In this document: one piece after another, positions 33,240 through 43,678 of the stretch | Layout of the letters: the number at the start of each line of letters is the position of its first letter | Position numbering within the stretch: the stretch's first letter is position 1 | Virus record (IMG/VR): IMGVR_UViG_3300013121_000012 | Coordinates: 85,427-149,426 of that record | Strand: one strand, 5' to 3' | DNA length: 64,000 nucleotides | From: a virus | Taxonomy: Duplodnaviria; Heunggongvirae; Uroviricota; Caudoviricetes | The notes under the pieces: generated by a model | What the model was told of the DNA's origin: nothing | Seen by the model: only the letters and a program-made list of their open reading frames with translations | Databases searched by the model: none | Made by a program: the position numbers and the translations under genes

Positions 33240-36200
33240 ATGGCAAAAACAAAAGCTAAAAGTCCAGCAGGGAAACCACCAAAAAATGCAGTAGGCTCTA
33301 AGACCGACACATATGCTACAATAGAATCTCAGCAAAAAACTGTTATTACGGCCGAGGCAGAAAAGAAAAGGATTCTCGACAAACTGAAAGCTATTGCAAA
33401 CCGTAAGACAAGTCTGACGGTTGCTCCGTTCGCAACAAAACCAATCGCTCATCTTAATCAGTTGACTCCATTCATAAAAGTTACACTGAAACTTCCTAAA
33501 GTAAATACATCTAAACCTCAGACATTCAGAACAGTTGAGTACGACGAAATCGATCTCTTCTTTAATCCTACCGGAAAACAAGAAGGAAGTTATTTCAACA
33601 ACTACATCAAATCATTCGACTATTCATACGAAGGATCCGGCGGATTCAAATGCAATCTTTCAATATCAGACATATCATTTGATTTTACTGATATGTTACT
33701 ACTCCGTTTCAGATCTCTCGAAGATACAAATCTCACATTCATGGATGTAACATTCGGGTGGACTACGCCTGAACACGGGATGAAAAAGAGAGTCAATGGA
33801 ATTGTATTTCAGAATACCGTTACATTCCAGGTTCAAGAAATGAACGAAGAAGACTCTCAGTTTGAGAGAGAAATAAAAATCAGTGGAATTGTCACGAGTA
33901 CGTTTCCAGATGCTGCGGGCTTGATAACTCCTTATTCTATTCTCGGTCCTTATCCTCTTGTCACATACAACTTCATTAAATATCTGTATGACCCATTTGA
34001 TGTTCAGTTAAGACTGATGGGATTAATTGGTGGAGACAATAAGACGATACCTAAAATTCCTGTTAACGATCTTCCGGCTAAAGTTGAATTCGTAAAAAAC
34101 CTATACTTATCAAATCTCATGCTTGGAAAAGATGATCCCCTTAAGACGAAGAGTTTTAAGAATGCCGCTGGAAAAACAACAACTGTCGACGGAAAATCCG
34201 GATGGTTAAAAGAGATTTTCGGATCAGAGATAGTTAGAAAAGGGGAAGTAACCGAAGCGTCTGTTTTTCCTAATCCTACATCGATAGGAGAAAGTCCTGT
34301 GCTTACTGAACTAAAAAATTTATACTTATCTGCCGGACCTACTCCTCAGCTTCCATCTTCAGTTATAACGAAGATATATAACAGCGAAGTGTTCTTTAAT
34401 GCGGTTAAAGCCAGAGGAACAAAAGGAACAGCGACAGGTCCTGGAAATCCAATTAATGTTTTGGTTTCTAAAGTTGCTCCATTGTTAAAAGAAATGCGTG
34501 TTCATCCGTGGGATGCGGCGAGATATTTTTACTATACAATGATTGAAGTTGTTACCGGTATTGATGCATATACTGGGAAACCAGTAGCCCCAAAACCTGA
34601 GTATAATTTCGTTGAACTAGATTTCGCTGACGTAATAAATTATTCACCTACATCCGATGGAAATGATGGGCGCGTGGATAAAAGAATTCTTGATGCGAAA
34701 GAAATGAGAACTACGAATAAAGTTCTAGGCTACAACTCTGTCAATAGCAGAGCAAACTTACTTGAAGTTCAAAAAGATCCTTACATAAAAGTATTCGGTA
34801 TGAATGCTGATTCAGTACATCTTACTCAAGGAACATCTTGGGATTCTCTTATTCAGATGGCTATATCAAAAGTCAGAGTAAACTTGGAAGGCTATCTAGA
34901 TAAAAAGGAAGAGAAAGAGTTTGATGAAATAAAAAAGACAAGCAATATTAAGAAGAAGATTAAGAATAATGGTGACCCTGAACAAGTTGTCGAAGAAAAC
35001 AACAACCTATTCGTTAGAGAAAACGGAGGGAAATTAGTAGCTTACAGATTCGCTAACCTTAATTCAAAAATGTTTTTTGCTAGCGCAACAAGCAGAAGCT
35101 CAATATACGAAACTATTGAAGCAATGATTACGACAAAAGAAAAAAGAGTAAATGAAATCACTCGTCTTAAAGAGCAGAATACGATTATAGAAAAGAATGG
35201 TGGTGTTGTTTCTACCGACTCTTTAAGCGCTACTACAACAGTCGCGGAACGAACTCTCTTAGATAGTCTAAAAACTCTTAAAGCTGACAAAACACCAAGT
35301 TCTCTTGTTCTGACAATATTCTTGGACAGAGCAGGATCAATATTCGGAGAAGGATTTGGAGAAAACAATATAGCTCAGGTTTATAGCGTGCGCTTCAAAA
35401 ATTCGATGAATGGATTCGAAGCGACCGAAAAAAGAACTGGAACATCTATTGGTTTGGAATTTCCTGACGTTGTTTCATTCAAACCAAACATCAAGAATCT
35501 TCTTGATCACGTCAGACATACGCTTCCGCTTACTGACATGTTTGAAATAACAAGCGAAGGAGCAAACAAGAAGATCTCGTCTACATATAGCAAAGTATAT
35601 GAAACTAAGATGGCAAATCTCGGAGAGAGAAAATCACAGCTTCAAGACAAACTAAAAAAAGAAACTTCTGCTCCAGAAAAAAAGAAGATTGAAGATGAAC
35701 TTCGTATTATCATTGGTGAAGAGCAAGCAGCAAAACAAGTATCCGATGATTCTAAAAACATCACGATAGAAACAGATCCAGAAGCAATTCAAGGAATAGA
35801 ATCATCAAATCTTAAAAGATGGAACGAGAGAATTCGCTTCCCTATCAGATGGAACACAGACGCAAGAAAAGGTAATGGATTTTTGCAGGGTGATGAAGAT
35901 GGTGAGGCAGCGATGATGAAAACATCCGTTGTAAACCTCAAGAGAAGAATGATCATACACTCGATGTCTTATGAAGCGGAGCTTCGTGTAATCGGCGATC
36001 CTACGTTTGTCGGAACATACTTTACAGACAAACTGATTTTCATGAAAGTTCTTATGGCCGACGGAAGAGATTCTATTCATACTGGTATTTATCAGATCAC
36101 GGGATTCTCTCACAGTTTGAATGCTGGAGCTTACCTCACTTCATTCAAATTAATGAAGAGACCAGATTTGAATTCCGGCGATAACCCACAACTTATGACT

Positions 36201-36413
36201 CAAATGATAAAATCTCTGAGCTCGGATCCTATTTACCAAGGCTCTTTATCTTCTGAACAAATGATAGGAATTGCTGGATCTAGTGGAAAAGAGAAAAAGA
36301 AAAAACTCGAAGAAGCTAAAGACATACTTAACAAAACTGCTCCTAAAAAAGTGAAATTAACTGCGGCACAAGCTTCTGCTACGATAGACGCTGGTCTAAA
36401 AGGTCTTTTATAA
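33240..36413 (+). CDS. Baseplate hub (gp27-like) protein, enlarged
   Basis: C-terminal AELRVIGDP..TGIYQITGFSHSL..YLTSFKL; lies upstream of the tape measure gene. Confidence 0.65.
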   Translation: MAKTKAKSPAGKPPKNAVGSKTDTYATIESQQKTVITAEAEKKRILDKLKAIANRKTSLTVAPFATKPIAHLNQLTPFIKVTLKLPKVNTSKPQTFRTVEYDEIDLFFNPTGKQEGSYFNNYIKSFDYSYEGSGGFKCNLSISDISFDFTDMLLLRFRSLEDTNLTFMDVTFGWTTPEHGMKKRVNGIVFQNTVTFQVQEMNEEDSQFEREIKISGIVTSTFPDAAGLITPYSILGPYPLVTYNFIKYLYDPFDVQLRLMGLIGGDNKTIPKIPVNDLPAKVEFVKNLYLSNLMLGKDDPLKTKSFKNAAGKTTTVDGKSGWLKEIFGSEIVRKGEVTEASVFPNPTSIGESPVLTELKNLYLSAGPTPQLPSSVITKIYNSEVFFNAVKARGTKGTATGPGNPINVLVSKVAPLLKEMRVHPWDAARYFYYTMIEVVTGIDAYTGKPVAPKPEYNFVELDFADVINYSPTSDGNDGRVDKRILDAKEMRTTNKVLGYNSVNSRANLLEVQKDPYIKVFGMNADSVHLTQGTSWDSLIQMAISKVRVNLEGYLDKKEEKEFDEIKKTSNIKKKIKNNGDPEQVVEENNNLFVRENGGKLVAYRFANLNSKMFFASATSRSSIYETIEAMITTKEKRVNEITRLKEQNTIIEKNGGVVSTDSLSATTTVAERTLLDSLKTLKADKTPSSLVLTIFLDRAGSIFGEGFGENNIAQVYSVRFKNSMNGFEATEKRTGTSIGLEFPDVVSFKPNIKNLLDHVRHTLPLTDMFEITSEGANKKISSTYSKVYETKMANLGERKSQLQDKLKKETSAPEKKKIEDELRIIIGEEQAAKQVSDDSKNITIETDPEAIQGIESSNLKRWNERIRFPIRWNTDARKGNGFLQGDEDGEAAMMKTSVVNLKRRMIIHSMSYEAELRVIGDPTFVGTYFTDKLIFMKVLMADGRDSIHTGIYQITGFSHSLNAGAYLTSFKLMKRPDLNSGDNPQLMTQMIKSLSSDPIYQGSLSSEQMIGIAGSSGKEKKKKLEEAKDILNKTAPKKVKLTAAQASATIDAGLKGLL

Positions 36414-36449
36414 CGGACCTTTGACATAGGAGACATATAATAAAATACT

Positions 36450-37313
36450 ATGAAAAAACTATTAGTGATTCTAGCAAGCACATTCCTTCTCTTTAGTGCA
36501 TGCAAAGAAGAAACGAACAAAGAGAAAAAACCATGGCCATATAAGGTCATTTATGTTAAGGGCGACGTTTGGATTAACGACAAACACGCGACGCTGAATT
36601 CAACGATTCAGGAATCCGATACGATTACAACTAAGAATAATTCTTATGCTGTGATTTCGTTGAGTGACTTCGCGACGGTCTCTCTTAAACCAAACACGAG
36701 AATTTATCTAAGTCTTTTGGCGAATGGAAGGTCTGAAATCTTTCAAGAAGGTGGAAAGACATTTTCAAAAGTAAAGACTGGAACAAATTATCAGATAAAA
36801 ACTCCTACAGTTGTTGCGGGAGTAAGAGGTACTTCATTCGAAGTTTCTACTACAGCGTACGCAACTAATATCATGTTGCTCGAAGGAAAGGTGGAAGCTA
36901 CTTCAAAAGTTGACACGACAGTTATCGAGAGCGGTCAAAAGATTATGAGTACGCGTGGCGACAAGTTCAAGAAAGCAGAAATGACTGAAAAGGAACTCAG
37001 CGCTGTAAAAACTGTATTATCGTTTACAGAGGAAATCAAAACGAATCCAGAACCAAATGCTGATGAAGTAAATAAGACAATAAGAAAGATCGATTCAGAT
37101 GATCATCCGCCAGTTGTTAGCGTGCCTAAAAAAACTATGACTTTGGATGAGATAAAGAAGAGATACGGACGTATCGCACAGATCGTAACTCATAACGGTC
37201 AAACATATACTGGCTATTTCAATCAAAGTGGAGAGTATATGACAATCATTACAACTTCTGGTACGGTGAAGATCAAAGTATCTCTCGTAGCAAAAGTAAT
37301 CCCAATTCAGTAA
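36450..37313 (+). CDS. FecR-domain lipoprotein (LipL45-like)
   Basis: Lipobox LFSA/C; FecR pattern TPTVVAGVRGTSF..LLEGKVE; C-terminal TLDEIKKRYGRI..NG..G domain. Confidence 0.8.
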   Translation: MKKLLVILASTFLLFSACKEETNKEKKPWPYKVIYVKGDVWINDKHATLNSTIQESDTITTKNNSYAVISLSDFATVSLKPNTRIYLSLLANGRSEIFQEGGKTFSKVKTGTNYQIKTPTVVAGVRGTSFEVSTTAYATNIMLLEGKVEATSKVDTTVIESGQKIMSTRGDKFKKAEMTEKELSAVKTVLSFTEEIKTNPEPNADEVNKTIRKIDSDDHPPVVSVPKKTMTLDEIKKRYGRIAQIVTHNGQTYTGYFNQSGEYMTIITTSGTVKIKVSLVAKVIPIQ

Positions 37314-37330
37314 AAAAGCAAACACTTTAT

Positions 37331-37368
37331 AGTCGCCATTCAGAAGTATAATTCTAAGAATGGCGACT
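37331..37368 (+). promoter_or_regulatory. Hairpin sequestering the tape-measure ATG with TATAAT inside
   Basis: 11-bp perfect inverted repeat AGTCGCCATTC/GAATGGCGACT; inner AGAA/TTCT; loop GTATAA. Confidence 0.65.
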
Positions 37369-40300
37369 TCAGTTGGTGGAGCAGTAGGCGGCGGCGGAAC
37401 TGCCGGAGTAAAAGGCAGAAACGTAGATTTAGAAATAAATCTCACAGGAAACCTACGCAAATACATTGACCAACTATCAGCATCTCTAGACAAACTCAAA
37501 AAACAAAGCGGCAATTTTGCCACGACATCATCTAAAAGCTTTAAAGACATAGAAACAGGAATGAGAGGTGCGTCTACTTCCGTAGACAAATTTGATACAG
37601 TAACATCTCGTGCTGCAAAGAACTATGTATCTGGCTTTTCAAAAGCTCACGGAATAACTGATAAACTATATAGTCGCCTTACATCATTCAAAGGGTTATC
37701 AATCCTTGGTGTTGGGTTTGGTGTTAAAGAACTCATAAGCAACACAAAAGAACTACGTCAAGAATTCTTAGCGCTCCGCGGACAATTTGCAGGACTATCG
37801 GATTCACAAGGAAGCGCATCAGCGGCACTTAAAGTATACTATAGCGCATGGGGTAAAACGGGAGCATCATTTGAACAAGTTGGCTCAGCGATGCAAGCTC
37901 TCGGTGAAAAAGGTCTTTCTCCAGTTGATGAAAAAACAAAAAGCATAAGCAAAGAATTTGAAAGCTTAACGGCTTTGTCTGCTCAATTAGGGCAAGCGAC
38001 AGGCATTTCAAGTGATGCATGGGCATCTCTCAATGGTCAGTTGGCATTCAGTAATAAAGCCAAAGTTGGCGATATTCGTCAAATCAATTCTGCTCTTTTA
38101 GCAACGAATATGACTGGTGGTCAGCTAACTACAGTCATGAATTTCGTTAACGAGTCTATAGATAAATACTCTGCATACGCAAAAGATGGAAGCAAGAGCA
38201 CGATAGCTCTTACAAAAGGAATTGCTGGAGCTTCAACAGCAATGAATAAACTTGGGATCAATGCTCAAAAAGCGACAGACTTCTTAGGTGGTCTAATGGA
38301 TCCTGAAAAGTTTGGTGAAAACCAAGCGTTATTATCTCAGCTCGGTGTATCATATAACGATTATGTTAAAATGCTAGAGTCTGGCAATGGCAAAGAAACT
38401 TTCTTTGAAAAGATCATGAACCAATTACCAGATTTCTCTGCGAAGATTGCTGCAATACGCGATCCATTTGCTAGAATGAATCTCGCTAAATCTCTAGGTC
38501 TTCCTGTTGAAATCATGCAGAAGATGGCAAATGCTTCTCCTGGTCAGATTACTGCGATGATGAAAGAATATCAAGTCAGAGCAAAAGACGAAGAAGCATT
38601 AAAAGCAAAACAACAAAAAATGGCGGAGAATGCTGCTAAATTAGACGAACGATTCAAGATGATACGTATGAAACTATATACGGCTCTTCTACCTATTCTT
38701 GAAAGAAACCTTGGTTCGTTCATGAGTACTCTTTCTAAAGTTGCTACTGTTGGTGGTAAATTATTCAAATGGATCGGCGAAAGAGTAGAAGTAATATATC
38801 AGAACTTTCAACCTATCATTGATTCTCTTGTTTCTGGTAATTTTGCGAATTTACCTGGTCAAATATCTCAGGGTATGACAAATGTTGCCGGTGATATGAT
38901 GAAACAAATGGCTGAAACAGTACTTCCAAAGCTAGGAACATTCATTGGTGAAATCATGCCAAAAGTAATGTCTGGTTTTTTCAGTGGATTCTGGAATGTT
39001 TTCAAGTCTCTTCCTTGGTGGGCAGAGATGATTGTTGGATGGAAAGTCATGAGTGGGGCTGTCGCAGGAATTGGATCACTTGCAAGTGGTCTTATGGGAA
39101 TGGTTAACTTCGCTCGACAAGCGGCAAACTGGTTAACTGGCGCTGTCAAAGGAAATCCAGTAGAGATGGCTCAATTAGCCTCTCTTAAAAGAATTGAAAT
39201 GCTATTAGCAACTAAAGGCAAAAGCACTGGAGGATTCGGAGAAATTGGAGCCGACACTATCGGTGGCGATGTCGCTGGTAAAGGGAAATGGGGAACTCGA
39301 TTAGGAAAAGCTGGAAGATTCTTGGGTAAATATGGTGGAGCTATTGCGGCGACTGGAATTGGTGCTTACACTATGGCTAGTGGAATCTCAGATGCGAATG
39401 CAGATGTAGCTTCAGGAAAAATCAGTCAAGAACAAGGTAGAGTGCAAAAAGGCTCAGCGATCGGTGGTGGTACTGGCGCTATAATCGGTGGTATCGCTGG
39501 AACAGCAGTTGGCATGAAAATTGGAGCGGCAATCGGAACATTTGCTGGTCCAATTGGTATGGCAATTGGTGCTGCAATCGGCGCTGCTGCTGGATGGATT
39601 GGAAGTAAAATCGGTGAAGCGATCGCTGAAACAGAAAACAAAAAACGTCAAGGTATATTTGTATCTGAACAAGCCGCATCACAAGTAAGTAATGCAAAAT
39701 TATCTCAGATTTCCGGAAGAAATGTTAACGAAAAAAACCGTGGTCAAGCGAACCTTACTATGGCTCGTGACATGGAACGTCTTCAAGAAAACATCATGGA
39801 GAAAGGTGGAGCAGGAAAAGAATTCTACTCTGCAATGTTCAATGAACAAACAGGAGCATTTGAAGTTCAAAAGAAAAATGCTCAAGAATATTTCAACGCT
39901 ATGTCTATGGCGCAGTACGAAAACACTCAAGCTCAAGTAAAAGAAATCAAAGCTCGTATGTCTTCTGGTGTAAAAGTTATGGCATGGGAAGAAGAACTAG
40001 TTAAGCAAAGAGAAATGGTCGGAAAGAAAAGCGTAGAACTAGATTATCAAAAATTGGAGCTTCGTCAACTTGCCGGAGAAAAACTCAACGACGAAGAGAA
40101 AGCGCAACTTGAAAAGTTCAGAGATATTCATAAAACAAATATGACGGAATGGGCGAACAAAGATATTCCGAATGGAATGAAAGATGTTCAGGCTGCATTC
40201 AAAACAAATTACGGTATACTTAGCTCATCAATCAAAGACTCTCTTGGTGCTGCAATGAAAATGGCTTCCGCTACATTTGTTGGTGGTGCTGATGCAATGG

Positions 40301-40875
40301 TTGCGGGGTTGGGAGCTGCACAAACTGCTGTACAACAAGCAATGAATAGTATGGGCAACTGGGAAAAAATAAGATCATGGGTTGGCCTCGGATCTGATAA
40401 AATGGAGGGCGCAGAAATATCTCAGAAAGTTTTAAATCAAATGCAAAGAGATGTCGCCGAAAGAATAAGAAACTCCGCTGCAAGTGCTACAACAAGAGAA
40501 GGACGTCTTAAGGCTCAAGCAGATGCGATAGCTAACTTTCAATCACCTGAAGCACTTAGCTCTATGATGGCCGGTTCTTTTGGAAGACTTGGACTAACCG
40601 ATGAAGCTAGTATGAGAAAGTTTAGAGCATTTACAGAGAGCACAGAAGGACAAAACTTCTTGAAAGACACTCTTAAATCGATGGGATTGGCGAATAAAGA
40701 ACAGGAAATGATTTGGAGAGATATGTTGAAAGCTCAAAAAATGACGGCTACGATGGGAGCAGGAGCTCTTGGTGAATTGAAGAAAATGAATGAAGAAGAA
40801 AAGAAACCTCAAGATGATGCATGGGCAACATTCATGAAAAACTCAGTTCTATTCGGATCATCGATGACAGGATAA
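37360..40875 (+). CDS. Tape measure protein
   Basis: 1171 aa, helical, with Ala/Gly-rich GAAIG repeats; position in the tail module. Confidence 0.85.
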   Translation: MATSVGGAVGGGGTAGVKGRNVDLEINLTGNLRKYIDQLSASLDKLKKQSGNFATTSSKSFKDIETGMRGASTSVDKFDTVTSRAAKNYVSGFSKAHGITDKLYSRLTSFKGLSILGVGFGVKELISNTKELRQEFLALRGQFAGLSDSQGSASAALKVYYSAWGKTGASFEQVGSAMQALGEKGLSPVDEKTKSISKEFESLTALSAQLGQATGISSDAWASLNGQLAFSNKAKVGDIRQINSALLATNMTGGQLTTVMNFVNESIDKYSAYAKDGSKSTIALTKGIAGASTAMNKLGINAQKATDFLGGLMDPEKFGENQALLSQLGVSYNDYVKMLESGNGKETFFEKIMNQLPDFSAKIAAIRDPFARMNLAKSLGLPVEIMQKMANASPGQITAMMKEYQVRAKDEEALKAKQQKMAENAAKLDERFKMIRMKLYTALLPILERNLGSFMSTLSKVATVGGKLFKWIGERVEVIYQNFQPIIDSLVSGNFANLPGQISQGMTNVAGDMMKQMAETVLPKLGTFIGEIMPKVMSGFFSGFWNVFKSLPWWAEMIVGWKVMSGAVAGIGSLASGLMGMVNFARQAANWLTGAVKGNPVEMAQLASLKRIEMLLATKGKSTGGFGEIGADTIGGDVAGKGKWGTRLGKAGRFLGKYGGAIAATGIGAYTMASGISDANADVASGKISQEQGRVQKGSAIGGGTGAIIGGIAGTAVGMKIGAAIGTFAGPIGMAIGAAIGAAAGWIGSKIGEAIAETENKKRQGIFVSEQAASQVSNAKLSQISGRNVNEKNRGQANLTMARDMERLQENIMEKGGAGKEFYSAMFNEQTGAFEVQKKNAQEYFNAMSMAQYENTQAQVKEIKARMSSGVKVMAWEEELVKQREMVGKKSVELDYQKLELRQLAGEKLNDEEKAQLEKFRDIHKTNMTEWANKDIPNGMKDVQAAFKTNYGILSSSIKDSLGAAMKMASATFVGGADAMVAGLGAAQTAVQQAMNSMGNWEKIRSWVGLGSDKMEGAEISQKVLNQMQRDVAERIRNSAASATTREGRLKAQADAIANFQSPEALSSMMAGSFGRLGLTDEASMRKFRAFTESTEGQNFLKDTLKSMGLANKEQEMIWRDMLKAQKMTATMGAGALGELKKMNEEEKKPQDDAWATFMKNSVLFGSSMTG

Positions 40876-40876
40876 T

Positions 40877-41650
40877 ATGTTAGATTTAAGCAGAATACTT
40901 TGGACACAACAATTTGACTCAGTACTTTCAAATGCTGGGAATAGTAATCTAGATTTTACACAAATCAATCTTAGCAGACGAGTAACAGGTGGTCCTCAAC
41001 CCGTGCCATTCTATCCTAACGTTTTTGGATTGAGTGTTTACGAAGGACCAAAATCTTCCGCTAATTTCAATTTAGCACCAAGACAAACTAATCTTAATGC
41101 GAAAGCAATTCCATTTCAGTATATCGATGGAATTCCTAACTGGAGTAAATCAGCTAACTATCAAGATGTCAACGATATAATGGGAAGATATGAAGGATAT
41201 TCTATTTACTCAAACTCATCTGCTCAAGAATGCCAATTGACACTTCACTATCACGCAGAAAGAGAAGTTGGTTTTGGATGGTCTCTAGAAAACATTGAAC
41301 GTATTGAAAAATACATTCAGTCGCTCGTCTTACCTACAACAAACAAAATGTACTCACCTCCACCAAGAATGTTATTGAATATTGGTTACTTATGGAGAAG
41401 CGTTCCGGTAATTGTAAGAAACGTAAATATTGAGTACATCGGTCCATTCATGGCTGACGGTCTCAGAGCTCATCAAAGAAAGATTACTCTTGAACTAAGA
41501 ACAAACTACGATTTGTCTAGATCGATGAGCCGAGACGAAATATTAGCGAATACAGATGTCGCTAGAAACCGTTATGAAATATTCGCAGCAAGAAGTTTGA
41601 AAACCGGATCGGACAAACTTAACGCAATCAAAAATACTCTAGGAGTTTAA
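40877..41650 (+). CDS. Tail-tube initiator / baseplate (gp48/gp54-like) protein
   Basis: WSKSANYQD..GR.E..YSNS; PPPR.LLNIG; follows the TMP. Confidence 0.6.
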   Translation: MLDLSRILWTQQFDSVLSNAGNSNLDFTQINLSRRVTGGPQPVPFYPNVFGLSVYEGPKSSANFNLAPRQTNLNAKAIPFQYIDGIPNWSKSANYQDVNDIMGRYEGYSIYSNSSAQECQLTLHYHAEREVGFGWSLENIERIEKYIQSLVLPTTNKMYSPPPRMLLNIGYLWRSVPVIVRNVNIEYIGPFMADGLRAHQRKITLELRTNYDLSRSMSRDEILANTDVARNRYEIFAARSLKTGSDKLNAIKNTLGV

Positions 41651-41651
41651 C

Positions 41652-41954
41652 ATGCACTATTTCAACTTCTCCCAGATATTCTTAGATCAGACACTCAAAG
41701 ACAACATACCATATCGCGGAATCTCATATCCGAACAGATCAATAAAGATTGATAAGGAAAGATTACTTTCTACTACTGTCGGAACTGGAGAGATTTACAG
41801 ATCAGATAAAATATCTTACAGAATTTACGGGACATCAGATTTGTTTTGGCTTATTGACCACGTCAATAACTTCAAGCATGGATTCAAAGAATACTATTTA
41901 GGAGCAGAAATTCTTTACATTGCGCCAAATGATCTGCCAGAAAGTCTACAATAA
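41652..41954 (+). CDS. gp53-like LysM-type baseplate protein
   Basis: YRSDKISYRIYGTSDLFWLI..NN. Confidence 0.75.
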   Translation: MHYFNFSQIFLDQTLKDNIPYRGISYPNRSIKIDKERLLSTTVGTGEIYRSDKISYRIYGTSDLFWLIDHVNNFKHGFKEYYLGAEILYIAPNDLPESLQ

Positions 41955-41956
41955 CT

Positions 41957-43183
41957 ATGACGGGTTCGGAAATCATAGATCCAAATTCTCTTCAGGCTCT
42001 CGTATGCAGAATGGAAGAGGGAAGAGTAGAAGATGTCGTTGAAATAAAGAATGAAACGATAATATTGTTTCGCTGCTTTGATAAGCGCATTCATCCTGAA
42101 GATCTTCCGGTAGAACAACTAACGCAATGTAAACCTATCCGCTTTTTTGGTGGCGGAAATATTCTTTCTCAGGAAAAGAATAATCCTGGTGTTGGCGACG
42201 TAGGTGTAATCATTTTTTCTAGAGCCAATGATTTTTCACGAGCTTATTACATTGGTCAGCTTGAACCTTCTAACCAACCGATAGTAATCGATCAAGCAAC
42301 GGCGGTCGCCGATGAAGGTGGAACTGCTCTTTCTACAAAAAGCGGAAGCGGATTCGTTTTATCGAATCAAAAACAAAGAGCTTCTTTATTCACAGCAAAC
42401 TCGCGATTAAATCTTCACGAACGTGGAGTTTCTCTCGGAGACAACAACATATCTGACTTAGAAATGAGTCATGATGCTATATCTTTAACTCTCAAAAAAG
42501 AAAGTACAGTCAATTACGGTAGTCTTCAGATGGGACGTGATCGCTTAAATCTTCGTGCTCTTGGTAGTATGATGATTGCTGCTGATACCGGAACTATGAA
42601 CATCTATGCCGGAAGACTTGTAGCTGAAACAAGAGGAAGTATCGAGTGGAAGGGAAAAGACATCAAAATAACCGCCGCATCACCAGACGTAGGAGAAATA
42701 TCGCTTTCATCAGGCGGATTCAGACAAAACGTAACAGGAAACTTACTATCATCAACAGCCTACGAAACAAAGGTAATAAAAGGTGACTACAATATTTTAG
42801 TCGCTAATGGCGATGTTTTGCTTCAGCAAAGTTCTATTCTCGGAAGTATCACATTGAAACAAGGTGGTGGATTACTTTCACCAGCGGCAAAAAGCCTGAT
42901 CGAAATGGATTCGTTATCTCTTGAAATTTCTCAGACATCTGCATTTGTGTTAAACAGCAAAATTACATTTGATTCCGGAGTTATGTCGATATCATCATTC
43001 ATAAAGACAAACATAAAAAGTAAAATGATTAATGTTGAGGGGTTAGTCGTAGATTTTACAAAATCATCAGTAATGAAGAGTGGACCTAAAGTTGCTGTTC
43101 CTACTGGAACTGGAATATGGTGCGCGATGCCATTTGAACCTTTAACAGGTTTGCCAATGACGGGCGAAGTAGCAATGGGCTAG
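41957..43183 (+). CDS. Baseplate central spike (gp5/VgrG-like)
   Basis: N-terminal OB-like PGVGDVGVIIF; long beta-strand repeat region. Confidence 0.65.
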   Translation: MTGSEIIDPNSLQALVCRMEEGRVEDVVEIKNETIILFRCFDKRIHPEDLPVEQLTQCKPIRFFGGGNILSQEKNNPGVGDVGVIIFSRANDFSRAYYIGQLEPSNQPIVIDQATAVADEGGTALSTKSGSGFVLSNQKQRASLFTANSRLNLHERGVSLGDNNISDLEMSHDAISLTLKKESTVNYGSLQMGRDRLNLRALGSMMIAADTGTMNIYAGRLVAETRGSIEWKGKDIKITAASPDVGEISLSSGGFRQNVTGNLLSSTAYETKVIKGDYNILVANGDVLLQQSSILGSITLKQGGGLLSPAAKSLIEMDSLSLEISQTSAFVLNSKITFDSGVMSISSFIKTNIKSKMINVEGLVVDFTKSSVMKSGPKVAVPTGTGIWCAMPFEPLTGLPMTGEVAMG

Positions 43184-43217
43184 TAACTGAATCAAATATC
43201 TGAATAAACTCGCTTTT

Positions 43218-43409
43218 ATGAATCTCGATATTGAAAGAAAAAAGAAGAGCGCAGAACGAAATAAGGCCATCAACAAGTATTCGAAACACATTGAAGACAT
43301 AAAAACCATGATGTCTAGCAATATATCTATGAGAGAGATGTCGAGAAAGTTGAATATTCCTTTCGCGGCTGTTAACAGAATAATACGCAGAGATTTGCAG
43401 ATACAATAG
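43218..43409 (+). CDS. Small HTH protein
   Basis: SMREMSRKLNIPFAAVNRII. Confidence 0.6.
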   Translation: MNLDIERKKKSAERNKAINKYSKHIEDIKTMMSSNISMREMSRKLNIPFAAVNRIIRRDLQIQ

Positions 43410-43411
43410 AT

Positions 43412-43678
43412 ATGGCAGAAAATAAATTCAACGACAGAGATTTTCTTATCAACCTTAAGGGTGTTCTTACTCAGATGAAAGGTGGTCTAGCAACTGAAAT
43501 AGAAAAGAGAGTTGACCGTCTAAAGAATATACACGAAGAATACAAAGACATTATCGTTCACGCAGAAGAGTGGCATAAACAAGAAAAAGAAAGAGCTGCC
43601 GAGAAAGATCAGAAACAAAAAGAACGCAGCGAAAAATATGCAGATGCGGAAAGGTTAGCGAAAGAATATGGCGGATAG
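43412..43678 (+). CDS. Coiled-coil hypothetical protein
   Basis: 88 aa. Confidence 0.65.
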   Translation: MAENKFNDRDFLINLKGVLTQMKGGLATEIEKRVDRLKNIHEEYKDIIVHAEEWHKQEKERAAEKDQKQKERSEKYADAERLAKEYGG

